23,318 nucleotides of DNA from Candidatus Krumholzibacteriota bacterium (GTDB taxonomy: Bacteria > Krumholzibacteriota > Krumholzibacteriia > LZORAL124-64-63), in assembly GCA_039714075.1 (NCBI GenBank), contig JBDLKA010000055.1, positions 1 through 23,318 on the forward strand, given 5' to 3'. Positions 1 through 9,439 of this stretch are shown here, in pieces. The position numbers were made by a program, and so were the translations under genes. The number at the start of each line of letters is the position of its first letter. Within the stretch, counting starts at the first letter, position 1. The notes under the pieces are model-generated. The model was not told the origin of the DNA. It did not search any database and saw nothing but the letters and a program-made list of their open reading frames with translations.

Positions 1-725
1 AGGTTGTTGGCCGAAGCCAGAAGTCCCGCCCCCCCCCGCGCCCCGCCCTTGTTCCACAGGTAGAAACCCAGGGCCGTCGGCAGAAGGCCCAGATACAACA
101 GCGTCCACCAGGCCCCGGCGTGCCACCCGTCCAGGGGTTGAATGCCCCCGGCCAACCGCAACAATACCACGACCAAAGTGAGCAGCGCCGCGCCCAGGTA
201 CATCCAGCCCAACAAATCCGCTTCATGGCCTTCGACCCGCCGCTTCAAGCGGACGAACAGCACCTGCCCCGCGGCGAAACACAGGTTTGCGCCCTGCAGC
301 AAGACAATTCCCCTCCAATCGGCTCCGGCCGGCATGGCCGTCGCCACGACCACCCCCGCGCCGGCCACCGCCAACACCGCGCACAGCAGGTGCCGCGCCC
401 GAAAGTTGCGGTCCAAAAAATCGGCGAACAGGACCACGTACAAGGGAGTGAAAATCGTGAACAGGGCCACCATCCAGGCGGGCAACCAACGGTAGGAATA
501 GATATACAGGACATACATCAGGCCGAACTGGAGCATCCCCAGCAGCATGGCCCGCCAGACCGTCGGCCGGCGCAGGGAAGAACGAATAACCAGCGGAGAA
601 AACGCCGCCGCCGCCAACGCCAGACGACCGCAGGCAACCGCCACCGGGTCGAGCCCGGCCAGTTGTCCCTTGATGAGCCCGAAGGAAAAGGCCCACAGCA
701 GCGAAGCGGCCAGCAGGTAGATCAT
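1..725 (-). CDS. EamA/DMT-family (YigM/BioP-like) membrane transporter, 3' end runs off the window
   Basis: Not in the ORF track because its stop lies outside the window. My translation from ATG at 725 gives MIYLLAASLLWAFSFGLIKGQLAGLDPVAVACGRLALAA...GMLQFGLMYVLYIYSYRWLPAWMVALFTIFTPLYVVL...LLYLGLLPTALGFYLWNKG. It has many hydrophobic helices and EamA-type motifs, and starts 30 nt after the stop of the co-oriented peptidase. Confidence 0.85.
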   Translation of the reverse strand, partial: MIYLLAASLLWAFSFGLIKGQLAGLDPVAVACGRLALAAAAFSPLVIRSSLRRPTVWRAMLLGMLQFGLMYVLYIYSYRWLPAWMVALFTIFTPLYVVLFADFLDRNFRARHLLCAVLAVAGAGVVVATAMPAGADWRGIVLLQGANLCFAAGQVLFVRLKRRVEGHEADLLGWMYLGAALLTLVVVLLRLAGGIQPLDGWHAGAWWTLLYLGLLPTALGFYLWNKGGARGGAGLLASANN

Positions 726-754
726 GACGTCTTTCGGACGGAAATCCCGGTCGG

Positions 755-2830
755 CTAACGGATCAGGGACATGGGCCGGACCTGGTCGAGGCCCGCTCCG
801 GTCATCCGCGTGAAGTAGGTGCCCGAGGCCACGGACCGGCCGTGAAGATCGGTCCCGTCCCAGAGAATCCTATTATCCCCCGCGGGGCGCACTTCGTCGA
901 CCAGCGTCTTGACCAGACGGCCGGAAACGTCATAGACGGACACCCGCACCGCCTGGTCCGCGGGCAGGGTGAACCGGATCTCGGTGGCGGGATTGAAGGG
1001 GTTGGGAGCATTGCCCACCAGGCGCGCCGCCACCGGAATCTCGCCGGCCCGGGTGACGCCGTTGTCGTGGACCTCACGCAGCACCCAGTGGTCCGGATCC
1101 AGCTCGACCGCGGTCACCGGATCGTTCACCTGGAAGCTGTGCCACTGCACCTCATCGGTTTGGTTGATCACGAACGTCTCGGTTCCGCCGGTGGTGGAGA
1201 CCACGACGTCCAGGGGCATGGAAAAAAGTCCTCCTTCGAGCTGGATCTGTTCCACCCTGACCGAAACCTCATAGCCGCCGCCCGACGGCCACCAGTTCCA
1301 GGAAAAATCGTAGACGGGATAGTAGTCGCCGTAGATCCACTGCTGGAAAAACGCGTTCAGGTCCAGGCCGGAAACATTCTCGAACACGGCCTGGAACTGT
1401 TCGGTGGTCGCGCTGCCGTGGCCGTAGATATCCAGGTACTGGTTCACGGCCGTGAAGAAGTCGGCCTCCCCCAGCATGTGGCGCAGCATGTGGGGAATCC
1501 AGGAGGCTTTGAGATAGCTCAGGTTGTAATCGAAAATATCCCAGATGTTGGAAGTGTTCTCCACGAAGATCGTACCGCCGCCCAGGTAGCGAGCATCGGC
1601 CATTTCCTGATGATAGGCTACGACCCCTTCGTTCACCTCGCGCCAGTAAGCCTCGGACCAGGTGGCGAAACCCTCGTTCAGCCAGATATGACCGAAATCG
1701 GCGCAGGTCACAAAGTCGCCGAACCATTGGTGCGCCAATTCGTGGGATATGATCCACTGATCGAAGAGGCCCACACCCAGACTTGTCATGGTCTGGTGCT
1801 CCATGCCCCCACCCCAGGGGAATTGGGCGTGCCCGTATTTTTCGTTCACGAAGGGATACTCGCCGAAGCCCGCGGAAAAGGCGGTAAGCATGTCCGGTAC
1901 TATTGCAAAACCACTGGCGGCCTGACCTACCTGATCGGACACCACGTAATATTCCAGGGGCATCGTGTCACCCAGGGCGGAATGGTACTCGTCCTGCAAA
2001 AGCGTATAGGGATGGATGGCCAGGGAAACCAGATAGGTGACGATGGAATACCGCTCCTGCCAGGCAAACGTCTTCTTGCCGGGAGCCGGAACCGTCTCGG
2101 CGACGAGCAGTCCGTTGCTGGCCACCACCAGGTTGTCCGGCACCGTCACGGTGATGTCCACCGAATCGGCCTTGTCGGTGTTGACGTCCTTGCAGGGCCA
2201 CCATTCCCGCGCCCCGTAGGGTTCGCTCAAGGTCCAGATCAAGGGCTGGCCGCCGTAGCTGTTCCAGCCGAAATAGTCGCCGGCGGGATTCCCGCTGTAG
2301 GCCACCTGGACGCTGACCTGCTCGCCCTGCAAATATGTCTTGTCCAGAGTGACGGTCAGGACTTCGCCCACATGGGCAAAGGGGACCATTACGCCCCCGG
2401 CTGAGACCTGGGTGACCGTCAGGCCCAGCAGGTTCAGATCCAGGGTGGCGATGTCGGTTCCGGTCACCTCGGCCTCCACGGTCACGAGGCCCGTCAGGAC
2501 CTGGCCGACGGGATCCAGGTCGAGAACCAGGTCGTAGAAATGCACGTCGTAGAGATCCATGTTGGGCGTGGCATTGAAGTCCTTGTCACTGTCCCGCAAT
2601 AACCCCTTGGCCAACAGCCGCGCCTTGGTGTGCGCTTCGTGGAGGCGGGACTGGCGGGTCTGGTAACTGCGGGTCCAGGGGGTGTCTTCGGGAACGGGGG
2701 CCAATGGGGTCACGCCGCCCGCGATGGCGGCGGCGAATCCCGTCAGCACGATCGGCAATACCGCGGCCAGTACCGCCGCGGCCTGGCGACCTGGGCTTCG
2801 CGATCCACGCAACAACAAGAATGACAACAT
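755..2830 (-). CDS. Secreted M1-family zinc aminopeptidase with C-terminal FlgD-Ig / secretion-sorting-like domain
   Basis: Exopeptidase motif GGMEH, zinc motif HELAH-x18-E (…WLNEGFA), a hydrophobic N-terminal signal, and a C-terminal 'NAPNPFNPATEIRFTLP…YDVSGRLVKTL…WDGTD…VASGTYF' tail. The start at ATG 2830 is inferred. Confidence 0.9.
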   Translation of the reverse strand: MLSFLLLRGSRSPGRQAAAVLAAVLPIVLTGFAAAIAGGVTPLAPVPEDTPWTRSYQTRQSRLHEAHTKARLLAKGLLRDSDKDFNATPNMDLYDVHFYDLVLDLDPVGQVLTGLVTVEAEVTGTDIATLDLNLLGLTVTQVSAGGVMVPFAHVGEVLTVTLDKTYLQGEQVSVQVAYSGNPAGDYFGWNSYGGQPLIWTLSEPYGAREWWPCKDVNTDKADSVDITVTVPDNLVVASNGLLVAETVPAPGKKTFAWQERYSIVTYLVSLAIHPYTLLQDEYHSALGDTMPLEYYVVSDQVGQAASGFAIVPDMLTAFSAGFGEYPFVNEKYGHAQFPWGGGMEHQTMTSLGVGLFDQWIISHELAHQWFGDFVTCADFGHIWLNEGFATWSEAYWREVNEGVVAYHQEMADARYLGGGTIFVENTSNIWDIFDYNLSYLKASWIPHMLRHMLGEADFFTAVNQYLDIYGHGSATTEQFQAVFENVSGLDLNAFFQQWIYGDYYPVYDFSWNWWPSGGGYEVSVRVEQIQLEGGLFSMPLDVVVSTTGGTETFVINQTDEVQWHSFQVNDPVTAVELDPDHWVLREVHDNGVTRAGEIPVAARLVGNAPNPFNPATEIRFTLPADQAVRVSVYDVSGRLVKTLVDEVRPAGDNRILWDGTDLHGRSVASGTYFTRMTGAGLDQVRPMSLIR

Positions 2831-3064
2831 ATTGTCGGCCCATCTCCCCCGGGCAGGACCCACACGGTCCCGCCTTGTTGATGTCGAATTACACGGACGA
2901 TATTAATTTAGTACAATCGGTACTGTACTCCAATAAGCCCGGCTCTACAACCGGCGGCCCAGGCCCCTGAACCCCGAAACTGGCATCAGGGACCGTTTGA
3001 TCCCATATTTTGCTGTTCCCGGACGAGCCGGGTTCCAACACAGCAATGCCAAAGGCAGGATGGT

Positions 3065-3319
3065 ATGCCGACGTACGAATATGAGTGCACCCGCTGCGGC
3101 CTGATCACCGAAGAGTTCAAACCCATGTCTGCCCCCAGGCGCCAGCGCTGCCCCGAATGCCGCGGCAAGGTCGAGCGCCTGATTTCCGGCGGCATGGGCG
3201 TCCATTTCAAAGGGTCGGGCTTTTACATCAACGACTCTCGCGGTAAGATGAGCACCGGCGGCGGCGAATCAACCGCTCCCGCCAAAAGCGAGAGCAAGGC
3301 CGACAAGAAATCCGATTAG
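3065..3319 (+). CDS. FmdB-family zinc-ribbon putative regulatory protein
   Basis: MPTYEYECTRCG…CPECRGKVERLIS…FKGSGFY is the typical FmdB pattern. AGGA lies just upstream. Confidence 0.9.
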   Translation: MPTYEYECTRCGLITEEFKPMSAPRRQRCPECRGKVERLISGGMGVHFKGSGFYINDSRGKMSTGGGESTAPAKSESKADKKSD

Positions 3320-3338
3320 CTGAATCCCGGAGGACCCC

Positions 3339-5009
3339 ATGGCATCCGCTAGCGTTCTGGTCGAAGTCGATGGACTGAAGATCGACATCAAACCCGGAAC
3401 CACCGTGCTGCAACTCCTCCAGGACCGCAACAGCCTGGACCCCGACCAGGACGACCCCATCGTCATCGCCTCGATCAACGGCCGCCGCACCAGCCTGGCC
3501 GAGCCCCTGTTCGGGGACGAACGGATCCGCCTCATCCGGATGAATGACAAACAGGCCCAGACCACCATCCAGCGGTCCGTGCAGTTTTTGGCCTTGGCCG
3601 CGGCCGAGGATCTTTTCCCCGGCCATACCCTCGACGCCCACTTCAGCTGCGGCTCGGGAATGTATTGCGAACTGGACAGGGACGAGCCGCTGACCGCCGC
3701 GGAAATTTCCGCCCTGGAAAACCGCATGAAGGAACTGGTTGATGCCGATCTGCCTCTGACCCCCCAGCGATTCGGCCTGCGGGCCCTGTTGAAGATCTAT
3801 GAGCGCCGGGGCGAACTGCGCCACCTGAAGACCGCCAAATACCTGCGCCGCGACTCGCTTGTCCTGTACAGCATGAATGGTTCGCAGCAGCTGTATTTCG
3901 GCAGGCAGCTTCCGTCCACCGGTTACGTGCGCGCCTTCCACCTGGTACCCGAAAGCCCCGGCTTCGTGCTGCTGAGCAACGTCAAGGGCGAGCCTGCCCG
4001 CATCCCCGACTACATCCCCCAGCCCAAACTCCTGGACACCTTGCGGGAATACACGTCGTGGGCGGAAAAGATCGGGATGCAGGACACCGGCAGCCTGAAC
4101 GAGTTCATCGTCCACGGCCGCACCGGCGACCTGATCCAGATCTCCGAGGCCCGCCACAACAAGTTTTTCGTGGAAGCGGCCCAGCGCGTGGCCGACCTCC
4201 CGGAGGAAGGCCGCCTGGTCCTGCTGGCCGGGCCCTCGAGTTCGGGCAAGACCAGCAGCGCCAAACGGCTGATGGTCCAGCTCCGTGTCCTGGGCCTGGA
4301 GCCCATGGCCCTGTCCCTGGACAACTACTTCGTGGACCGGGACAAAACGCCGCGCGCCGCGGACGGCGATTACGATTTCGAATCGCTGAAGGCCCTCAGG
4401 ATCGACCGGTTCAATGACGATCTCAAGGCGCTGATGGCGGGCGAGGAAGTACTCCTGCCCCGCTTCGACTTTCGCACCGGCAAGGCGGAAACCACCCGGA
4501 CAACCACCCGGATCAAACGTGGACAACCCCTGCTGGTCGAGGGCATCCACGCCCTGAATCCCGAACTGACACCCGCCATTCCCACGGTCGACAAGCTGCA
4601 GATCTACGTGTCGGCCCTGTGTCATCTGAACATCGACAACATCAGCTACATCAAGACCACGCACAGCAGGCTGTTCCGCCGCATCGTGCGCGACGCCCAG
4701 TTCCGCGGCTACACCGCCAGCGAAACCCTGGCCCGCTGGCCCAAGGTCCGGCTGGGCGAGGACAAGCACATCTTCCCCCACCAGGGAAACGCCGATCTGT
4801 TCTTCAATTCCGGATTGACCTATGAACTGGCGGTGTTGAAGCTGTGGGCCGAACCGCGGCTGGCGGCGGTGGAATCGGACGACCCCCACTACGGTCTGGC
4901 CCGCACCCTGATCGAACTGCTGTCGCTGCTGCTGCCCATCGACGCCAGCGGCGTGCCCCCCACTTCCCTGTTGCGGGAATTCATCGGGGGCAGCGGCTTC
5001 AACTACTGA
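3339..5009 (+). CDS. Nucleoside (uridine) kinase-family protein with N-terminal TGS/threonyl-tRNA-synthetase-like domain
   Basis: P-loop AGPSSSGKT, LSLDNYF, EGIHALN, RRIVRD…RGY and a C-terminal SLLREFIGGS. GGAGG RBS; 19 nt after the FmdB gene. Confidence 0.85.
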   Translation: MASASVLVEVDGLKIDIKPGTTVLQLLQDRNSLDPDQDDPIVIASINGRRTSLAEPLFGDERIRLIRMNDKQAQTTIQRSVQFLALAAAEDLFPGHTLDAHFSCGSGMYCELDRDEPLTAAEISALENRMKELVDADLPLTPQRFGLRALLKIYERRGELRHLKTAKYLRRDSLVLYSMNGSQQLYFGRQLPSTGYVRAFHLVPESPGFVLLSNVKGEPARIPDYIPQPKLLDTLREYTSWAEKIGMQDTGSLNEFIVHGRTGDLIQISEARHNKFFVEAAQRVADLPEEGRLVLLAGPSSSGKTSSAKRLMVQLRVLGLEPMALSLDNYFVDRDKTPRAADGDYDFESLKALRIDRFNDDLKALMAGEEVLLPRFDFRTGKAETTRTTTRIKRGQPLLVEGIHALNPELTPAIPTVDKLQIYVSALCHLNIDNISYIKTTHSRLFRRIVRDAQFRGYTASETLARWPKVRLGEDKHIFPHQGNADLFFNSGLTYELAVLKLWAEPRLAAVESDDPHYGLARTLIELLSLLLPIDASGVPPTSLLREFIGGSGFNY

Positions 5010-5021
5010 TCCGGACCGCCG

Positions 5022-7799
5022 TCACCCCTCGAGAATCAAGTCCGCCAGCCGGGCGCGGGTTTCCATCATTTCCTGATGGTCCCGGTCGGCTCCGGCCCAG
5101 ATACCCAGGGCTTTTTCATAGTAGCGGACGGCCTCGGACTTCTTGCCTTCCGTTTCCGCTATCAGCCCCATCAGGGCCAGGGCCCGGGGCCAGGTGCCGC
5201 CCCCATTCTGGAGGTAGGCGGCGAAAGGATATTCCACCAGGGGATCGAGGGCCTTGCGCGCCTGGCTGAATTTGCCGGCGCCCAGATAGGCCCGGGCCAA
5301 AGCCAGACGGGGGTGCGGAGCGGGCAGGGTCTTCAGGGACAGCTCGATCTCGGCGGCGGCCTCCCGGTAGAGCCCCCGGTACAACAGGACCAATCCCCGC
5401 AGATGATGGGCATTCCCCCGGTGGTCATGGGTCAGCTCACCGTTTGCGGGATTCTCCAGGGTGGCCAGGATTTCCTCGGCACCGCTCAAATCATCCATCA
5501 GGACCCGTGTTCGGCCCAGGTAGTACAGGGGAACCGCCCCGGGCCAGGTTTCCACCACCCGGGAAAAGTCCGCCTGGGCCATCTCCAGGCGGCCGGCCGC
5601 CAGGTGGGTAAGGCCCCGATAGATCAGGATCCAGGATTCCTGGCTGCGGTTGCCCACCCGCCGCACTTCGCCCAGGGCTTTCTGGAGATGGTCCAGGGCC
5701 TCGTCATTCCGACCGAGGTAGTACAGGAACTTGGCCTGGCGGTAATCCAGGCTCACCGAAGGTCTGTCCGAACCGGCGGCCAGCGAATCCTGCAGCGCCT
5801 GGGCGCCGTCCAGGTCCATCCGGCAGACATGAATCCAGCTCAGGTTGTCCAGGGTCCGGTCCTGGCGGGGTTGGCTGCGCAGCACCCGGGAAAACTGGGC
5901 AACCGCTTCCTCGTAGCGGGCGAGCCCCCCGAAGGCGTTGCCCAGGGCGAAATCGATGTACCAGTTTTCCGGAGCCAGTTCGGCCGCCAATTGCAGTTCC
6001 GCCAGGGCCCCTTCGTGCTGCGAACTCAGCATGTAGGTGGTGGCCAGATTCATGCGCACATCGAAATCGTCCTCATGTTCCCCCAGCAGCAGGATGAACT
6101 TCTCGATGGCCTTGTCGTAATCCGCGCGGTAACGGAAATATTCCGCCTCGATGTAATACTTCTCCCGGTCGCTCAGGGATTTCCGGTTGTCCATGGCCTT
6201 GGCGCTGAATTCCAGGGCGTCGTTGGTGCGGGCGGTGATAAAATAGATCCGGCCCAGCTTGGAGTACGCGATCGCGAAAGTCGAATCCGCCGCGACGGCC
6301 TCCTGGTAGAAGGTGGCGGCTTTTTCCCAGTCGGCCTGCCCCAGGTGGCGTTCTCCCTGGGTGTAGTACCGCAGGGCCTGCAACGAACTGGTCGTTACCC
6401 GGGCCAGGGGTTTGTCCCGGCGTTCGATGGAAAGAAGCGATTCCCCCAGGTCCTTGCGGATGTTGCGGGCCAGGGTGTCGATCGCCTTGAAGACATCGTC
6501 CCTTTTTTCCGCCTTGGCGCTTTTCGTGCTGACCGTTTCCCCGGTGACCGGATCGACCAGGCGGGCCCCGATCAGGTAGGAGCTGTCGAGCCTGGTGATC
6601 GAACCCTCCAGCACGGCCGCGATGCCCTCCCTCTGGGCCAGTTCACGCCCCAGGTCGGCGGTGATGAGGGAACCGGGTCTCTTCTCCATTCTCCCCAGGG
6701 CGTCGGACAGCCGGCGGCCCGTGAACAGGCTCACGTAGGGCGATTGCCCCAGGTCATAGGACAGGGCCTGCCTGATGGTCCCGTCGAAGACCTCGTCCCC
6801 GGTCAGGTTATCGAATTCCGTCACCAACAGAAGATCCTGTTTTTCGAAATCCAGGCGGCGGAACGAACCCAGCCGGGAAAAGCCCACCGCGATGATCACG
6901 GCCAGGATCACCAGGACCGACCACATCACCCGGCGGGAAAGGAACCACCCGGGTTTTTCCCGCTGGTGGTCCTCCCCGCCCTTTCCGGATCCGGGTTTTC
7001 CGGGGAACCAACGGGACAGATCTTCCAGGAACTCACCGGCATCCGCGTGCCTGAGCCGGGAGTTCTTTTCCATGGCCTTTCCCAGCAGTTCCCCCACGGG
7101 GGCCGGCAATCCGGGGATCGGTTCCGGATCGACGTTCACCACCTCGTACATGACGGCCTGGGGATGATCCCCGGGAAAGGCCTTCCTGCCGCAGATCAGT
7201 TCATACAGGAGCGTTCCCAGGGCCCAGACGTCCGTGGTGAGGTCCACCCGCTGGGCCTGCAGCTGTTCGGGCGCCATGTAGGCCATGGTGCCCATGGTGG
7301 AATCCTGGGTGATGACATGGCTTTTGCCCGACAGCTTGGCCACCCCGAAATCGATCAGTTTCACCTGGCCGTCTTCCAGCACGATGATGTTGCGGGGATT
7401 GATGTCCTGGTGAACGATTCCCTGCCGGTGGGCCAGCGCCAGCCCCGAGGCGAGCTGGCTGATGATGTCCAGGGCGTCGTCCAGCTTGAGGTTGCCCTCG
7501 GCCATGACCTGCTCGAGGTTTTTCCCTTCGTAGAAGGCCATGGCGATGAAGATTTCCCCGTCACGGGATTCGTCGATTTCGTAGATGGTGCAGATGTTGG
7601 GATGGTCCAGGGCGGAAGCGGCCTTGGCTTCCTGGACGAAGCGGGCCTTGGCCACCGGCTCGTAGGATTTCGAGGGGGGCATGAACTTGAGGGCCACGAT
7701 CCGGTCCAGCCGCAGATCTTCGGCCTTGTAGATCACACCCATCCCGCCTTCACCGATTTTGGCCAGGATGCGGTAGTGGGAAATGGTTTGTCCGATCAT
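5022..7799 (-). CDS. Membrane-anchored Ser/Thr protein kinase (Hanks type) with TolB-N-like and TPR-repeat C-terminal region
   Basis: GEGGMG, VALK, HPNI, DFG, GTMAYMAPE and DVWALG motifs, one TM helix (VMWSVLVILAVIIAVGF), then TPR-like helical repeats. Confidence 0.9.
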   Translation of the reverse strand: MIGQTISHYRILAKIGEGGMGVIYKAEDLRLDRIVALKFMPPSKSYEPVAKARFVQEAKAASALDHPNICTIYEIDESRDGEIFIAMAFYEGKNLEQVMAEGNLKLDDALDIISQLASGLALAHRQGIVHQDINPRNIIVLEDGQVKLIDFGVAKLSGKSHVITQDSTMGTMAYMAPEQLQAQRVDLTTDVWALGTLLYELICGRKAFPGDHPQAVMYEVVNVDPEPIPGLPAPVGELLGKAMEKNSRLRHADAGEFLEDLSRWFPGKPGSGKGGEDHQREKPGWFLSRRVMWSVLVILAVIIAVGFSRLGSFRRLDFEKQDLLLVTEFDNLTGDEVFDGTIRQALSYDLGQSPYVSLFTGRRLSDALGRMEKRPGSLITADLGRELAQREGIAAVLEGSITRLDSSYLIGARLVDPVTGETVSTKSAKAEKRDDVFKAIDTLARNIRKDLGESLLSIERRDKPLARVTTSSLQALRYYTQGERHLGQADWEKAATFYQEAVAADSTFAIAYSKLGRIYFITARTNDALEFSAKAMDNRKSLSDREKYYIEAEYFRYRADYDKAIEKFILLLGEHEDDFDVRMNLATTYMLSSQHEGALAELQLAAELAPENWYIDFALGNAFGGLARYEEAVAQFSRVLRSQPRQDRTLDNLSWIHVCRMDLDGAQALQDSLAAGSDRPSVSLDYRQAKFLYYLGRNDEALDHLQKALGEVRRVGNRSQESWILIYRGLTHLAAGRLEMAQADFSRVVETWPGAVPLYYLGRTRVLMDDLSGAEEILATLENPANGELTHDHRGNAHHLRGLVLLYRGLYREAAAEIELSLKTLPAPHPRLALARAYLGAGKFSQARKALDPLVEYPFAAYLQNGGGTWPRALALMGLIAETEGKKSEAVRYYEKALGIWAGADRDHQEMMETRARLADLILEG

Positions 7800-7922
7800 G
7801 GCTCTCCGGATCCGGGAATCGGTTGAGACAGACCCTGACCCGCAGAGCCTAACGCACTCCGGGTGATCAGCACAATGCCGGACTGGAAATCGAGGGAATT
7901 CGGCAGCGGTAAAAGCGGAGAA

Positions 7923-8399
7923 TCAGGGAACCAGGAAACAATCCCGCAGCTTGGCCACGGCCGTATCGGCGTCCTTCTCGTTGGTCAGGAAGGAAACGGT
8001 CGAAAAGGAGGTGGCGATCATGTGGATTTCGACGCCCGCCTCGCCGGTGGCCTCGAAGACGGTGCCCGCGATGGCGGGCCGTTCGCTGAAATGCGGGCCG
8101 TAGATCGAAATCGAGCTGCAGTGGCGCTGGTAATCGATGTTGCGGGCCTGCAACTCGTCCTGCAGGGACTGGAGCAGCCCCAGGGCCTGATCGAGATCGT
8201 CCTGGTGGATGGCAAAGCCGATGTTGACCAGGCCTTCGCGGTCGATGAAGGACGTGACACAGGTGATGTTGATGCCCTTGAGGCCGAGTCCGGACAGGGC
8301 GCGGCCCGCCAGTCCATAGCCCCTCTTGGCGCCCAGGATCCTGACCAGGACCAGATCATCGATCCTCGTGATGCCTCCGACCGCCATCTTACCCGTCAT
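7923..8399 (-). CDS. Stand-alone tandem ACT-domain protein (aspartokinase regulatory/beta-subunit-like)
   Basis: 'ISIYGPHFSERPAIAGTVFEATGEAGVEIHMIATSFSTVSFL' resembles the C-terminal ACT domain of aspartokinase. There is no kinase domain. GGAG RBS upstream. Confidence 0.75.
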   Translation of the reverse strand: MTGKMAVGGITRIDDLVLVRILGAKRGYGLAGRALSGLGLKGINITCVTSFIDREGLVNIGFAIHQDDLDQALGLLQSLQDELQARNIDYQRHCSSISIYGPHFSERPAIAGTVFEATGEAGVEIHMIATSFSTVSFLTNEKDADTAVAKLRDCFLVP

Positions 8400-8563
8400 G
8401 ACCGTATCTCCAGGTTCGACTGCTCACCCGAAATTTCACGTGGGGCCGCAAACGGACCCCCTCCTCCATGCCCCCAAAACTAGCTTCTCGAATACGCGGA
8501 AACAAAATAATCCTTCGGCGCGCCTGATAAATTCCCTCCTGGTCCCCGGGGGGCGCAAGGGGG

Positions 8564-8592
8564 TTGACATCCCCGGTACCAACCGGTAAAAG
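8564..8592 (+). promoter_or_regulatory. Candidate sigma70-type promoter for elbB
   Basis: Perfect TTGACA (8564-8569), 17-nt spacer, then TAAAAG (imperfect -10), about 60 nt upstream of the elbB start. Confidence 0.4.
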
Positions 8593-8651
8593 CAGGGTAC
8601 GAGAGCATTTTCAGCACTCGGTGCGGGGGTCCTGCAGATCGGAGGTCCGAA

Positions 8652-9314
8652 ATGAAAAAAGTCGCGGTCATACTGAGCGGGTGTGGGGTTTTCGACGGCT
8701 CGGAAATCCATGAAGCGTGCGCCGCCCTGCTGGCCCTGCACCGGGCCGAAGCCGAGGTCGTGATCTGCGCACCGACCGGCCCGCAACTGCACGTCGTCGA
8801 CCACGTGGCCGGGGAACCCGCCGAGGGTGAAACCCGGGACATCCTGGTCGAAAGCGCCCGGCTGGCCCGGGGCGACATCCGGCCCCTGGCCGAGGTCGAG
8901 ATCGCCGATCTCGACGCGGTGCTGCTGCCCGGCGGCTTCGGCGCGGCCAAGAACCTGTGCACCTTCGCCGTGGACGGGGAAAACTGCACCGTCCACCCCG
9001 AGGTCGAATCCTTCCTGCGCCGGGCCCATGGCCAGGGCAAGGCCATCGGGGCCATGTGCATTGCGCCGGTGATTTTGGCCAAGGTGTTCGGCGCCGACCT
9101 GAAGCCTGCGGTGACCATCGGCAACGATCCGGTCACCGCCGGCAAGATCAAGCAGATGGGCGCCCGCCACATCGATTGCGCCGCCGACGAAACCGTGGTG
9201 GACGAAGGCAACAACCTGGTCACGACGCCCGCCTACATGATCGCCGGCGACATCGGCGAGGTCTTCGACGGCGCGGCCGCCTGCGTGGAAAAACTGCTCG
9301 GCCTTTGCCGCTGA
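8652..9314 (+). CDS. elbB: Glyoxalase ElbB (DJ-1/PfpI superfamily, ES1-like)
   Basis: MKKVAVILSGCGVFDGSEIHE, LVESARLARG, PGGFGAAKNL, GAMCIAP and VTTPAYM motifs. GGAGG RBS. Confidence 0.93.
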   Translation: MKKVAVILSGCGVFDGSEIHEACAALLALHRAEAEVVICAPTGPQLHVVDHVAGEPAEGETRDILVESARLARGDIRPLAEVEIADLDAVLLPGGFGAAKNLCTFAVDGENCTVHPEVESFLRRAHGQGKAIGAMCIAPVILAKVFGADLKPAVTIGNDPVTAGKIKQMGARHIDCAADETVVDEGNNLVTTPAYMIAGDIGEVFDGAAACVEKLLGLCR

Positions 9315-9334
9315 TTTCCAGTCCTGCCCACCCC

Positions 9335-9365
9335 ACAGGCGCCTCGGCAAGGAGGCGCCTGTTTT
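9335..9365 (+). terminator. Rho-independent terminator after elbB
   Basis: ACAGGCGCCTC-ggcaag-GAGGCGCCTGT hairpin running into a short T tract. Confidence 0.75.
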
Positions 9366-9439
9366 AAGTTGATTTCACCTCCTCCATTGGGTTAGCTTCC
9401 CGCAGTTCGGACTTGCCCCATCTTTGAGGAGAAGCTTCT

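Noticed and set aside
5076..7826. 916-aa plus-strand ORF, and similar long antisense ORFs (842-2404, 3228-4889, 10354-11988, 18560-19591, 19588-21990)
   Set aside because: They lie antisense to well-supported genes and have no recognisable motifs. Such shadow ORFs are expected from high-GC codon bias.
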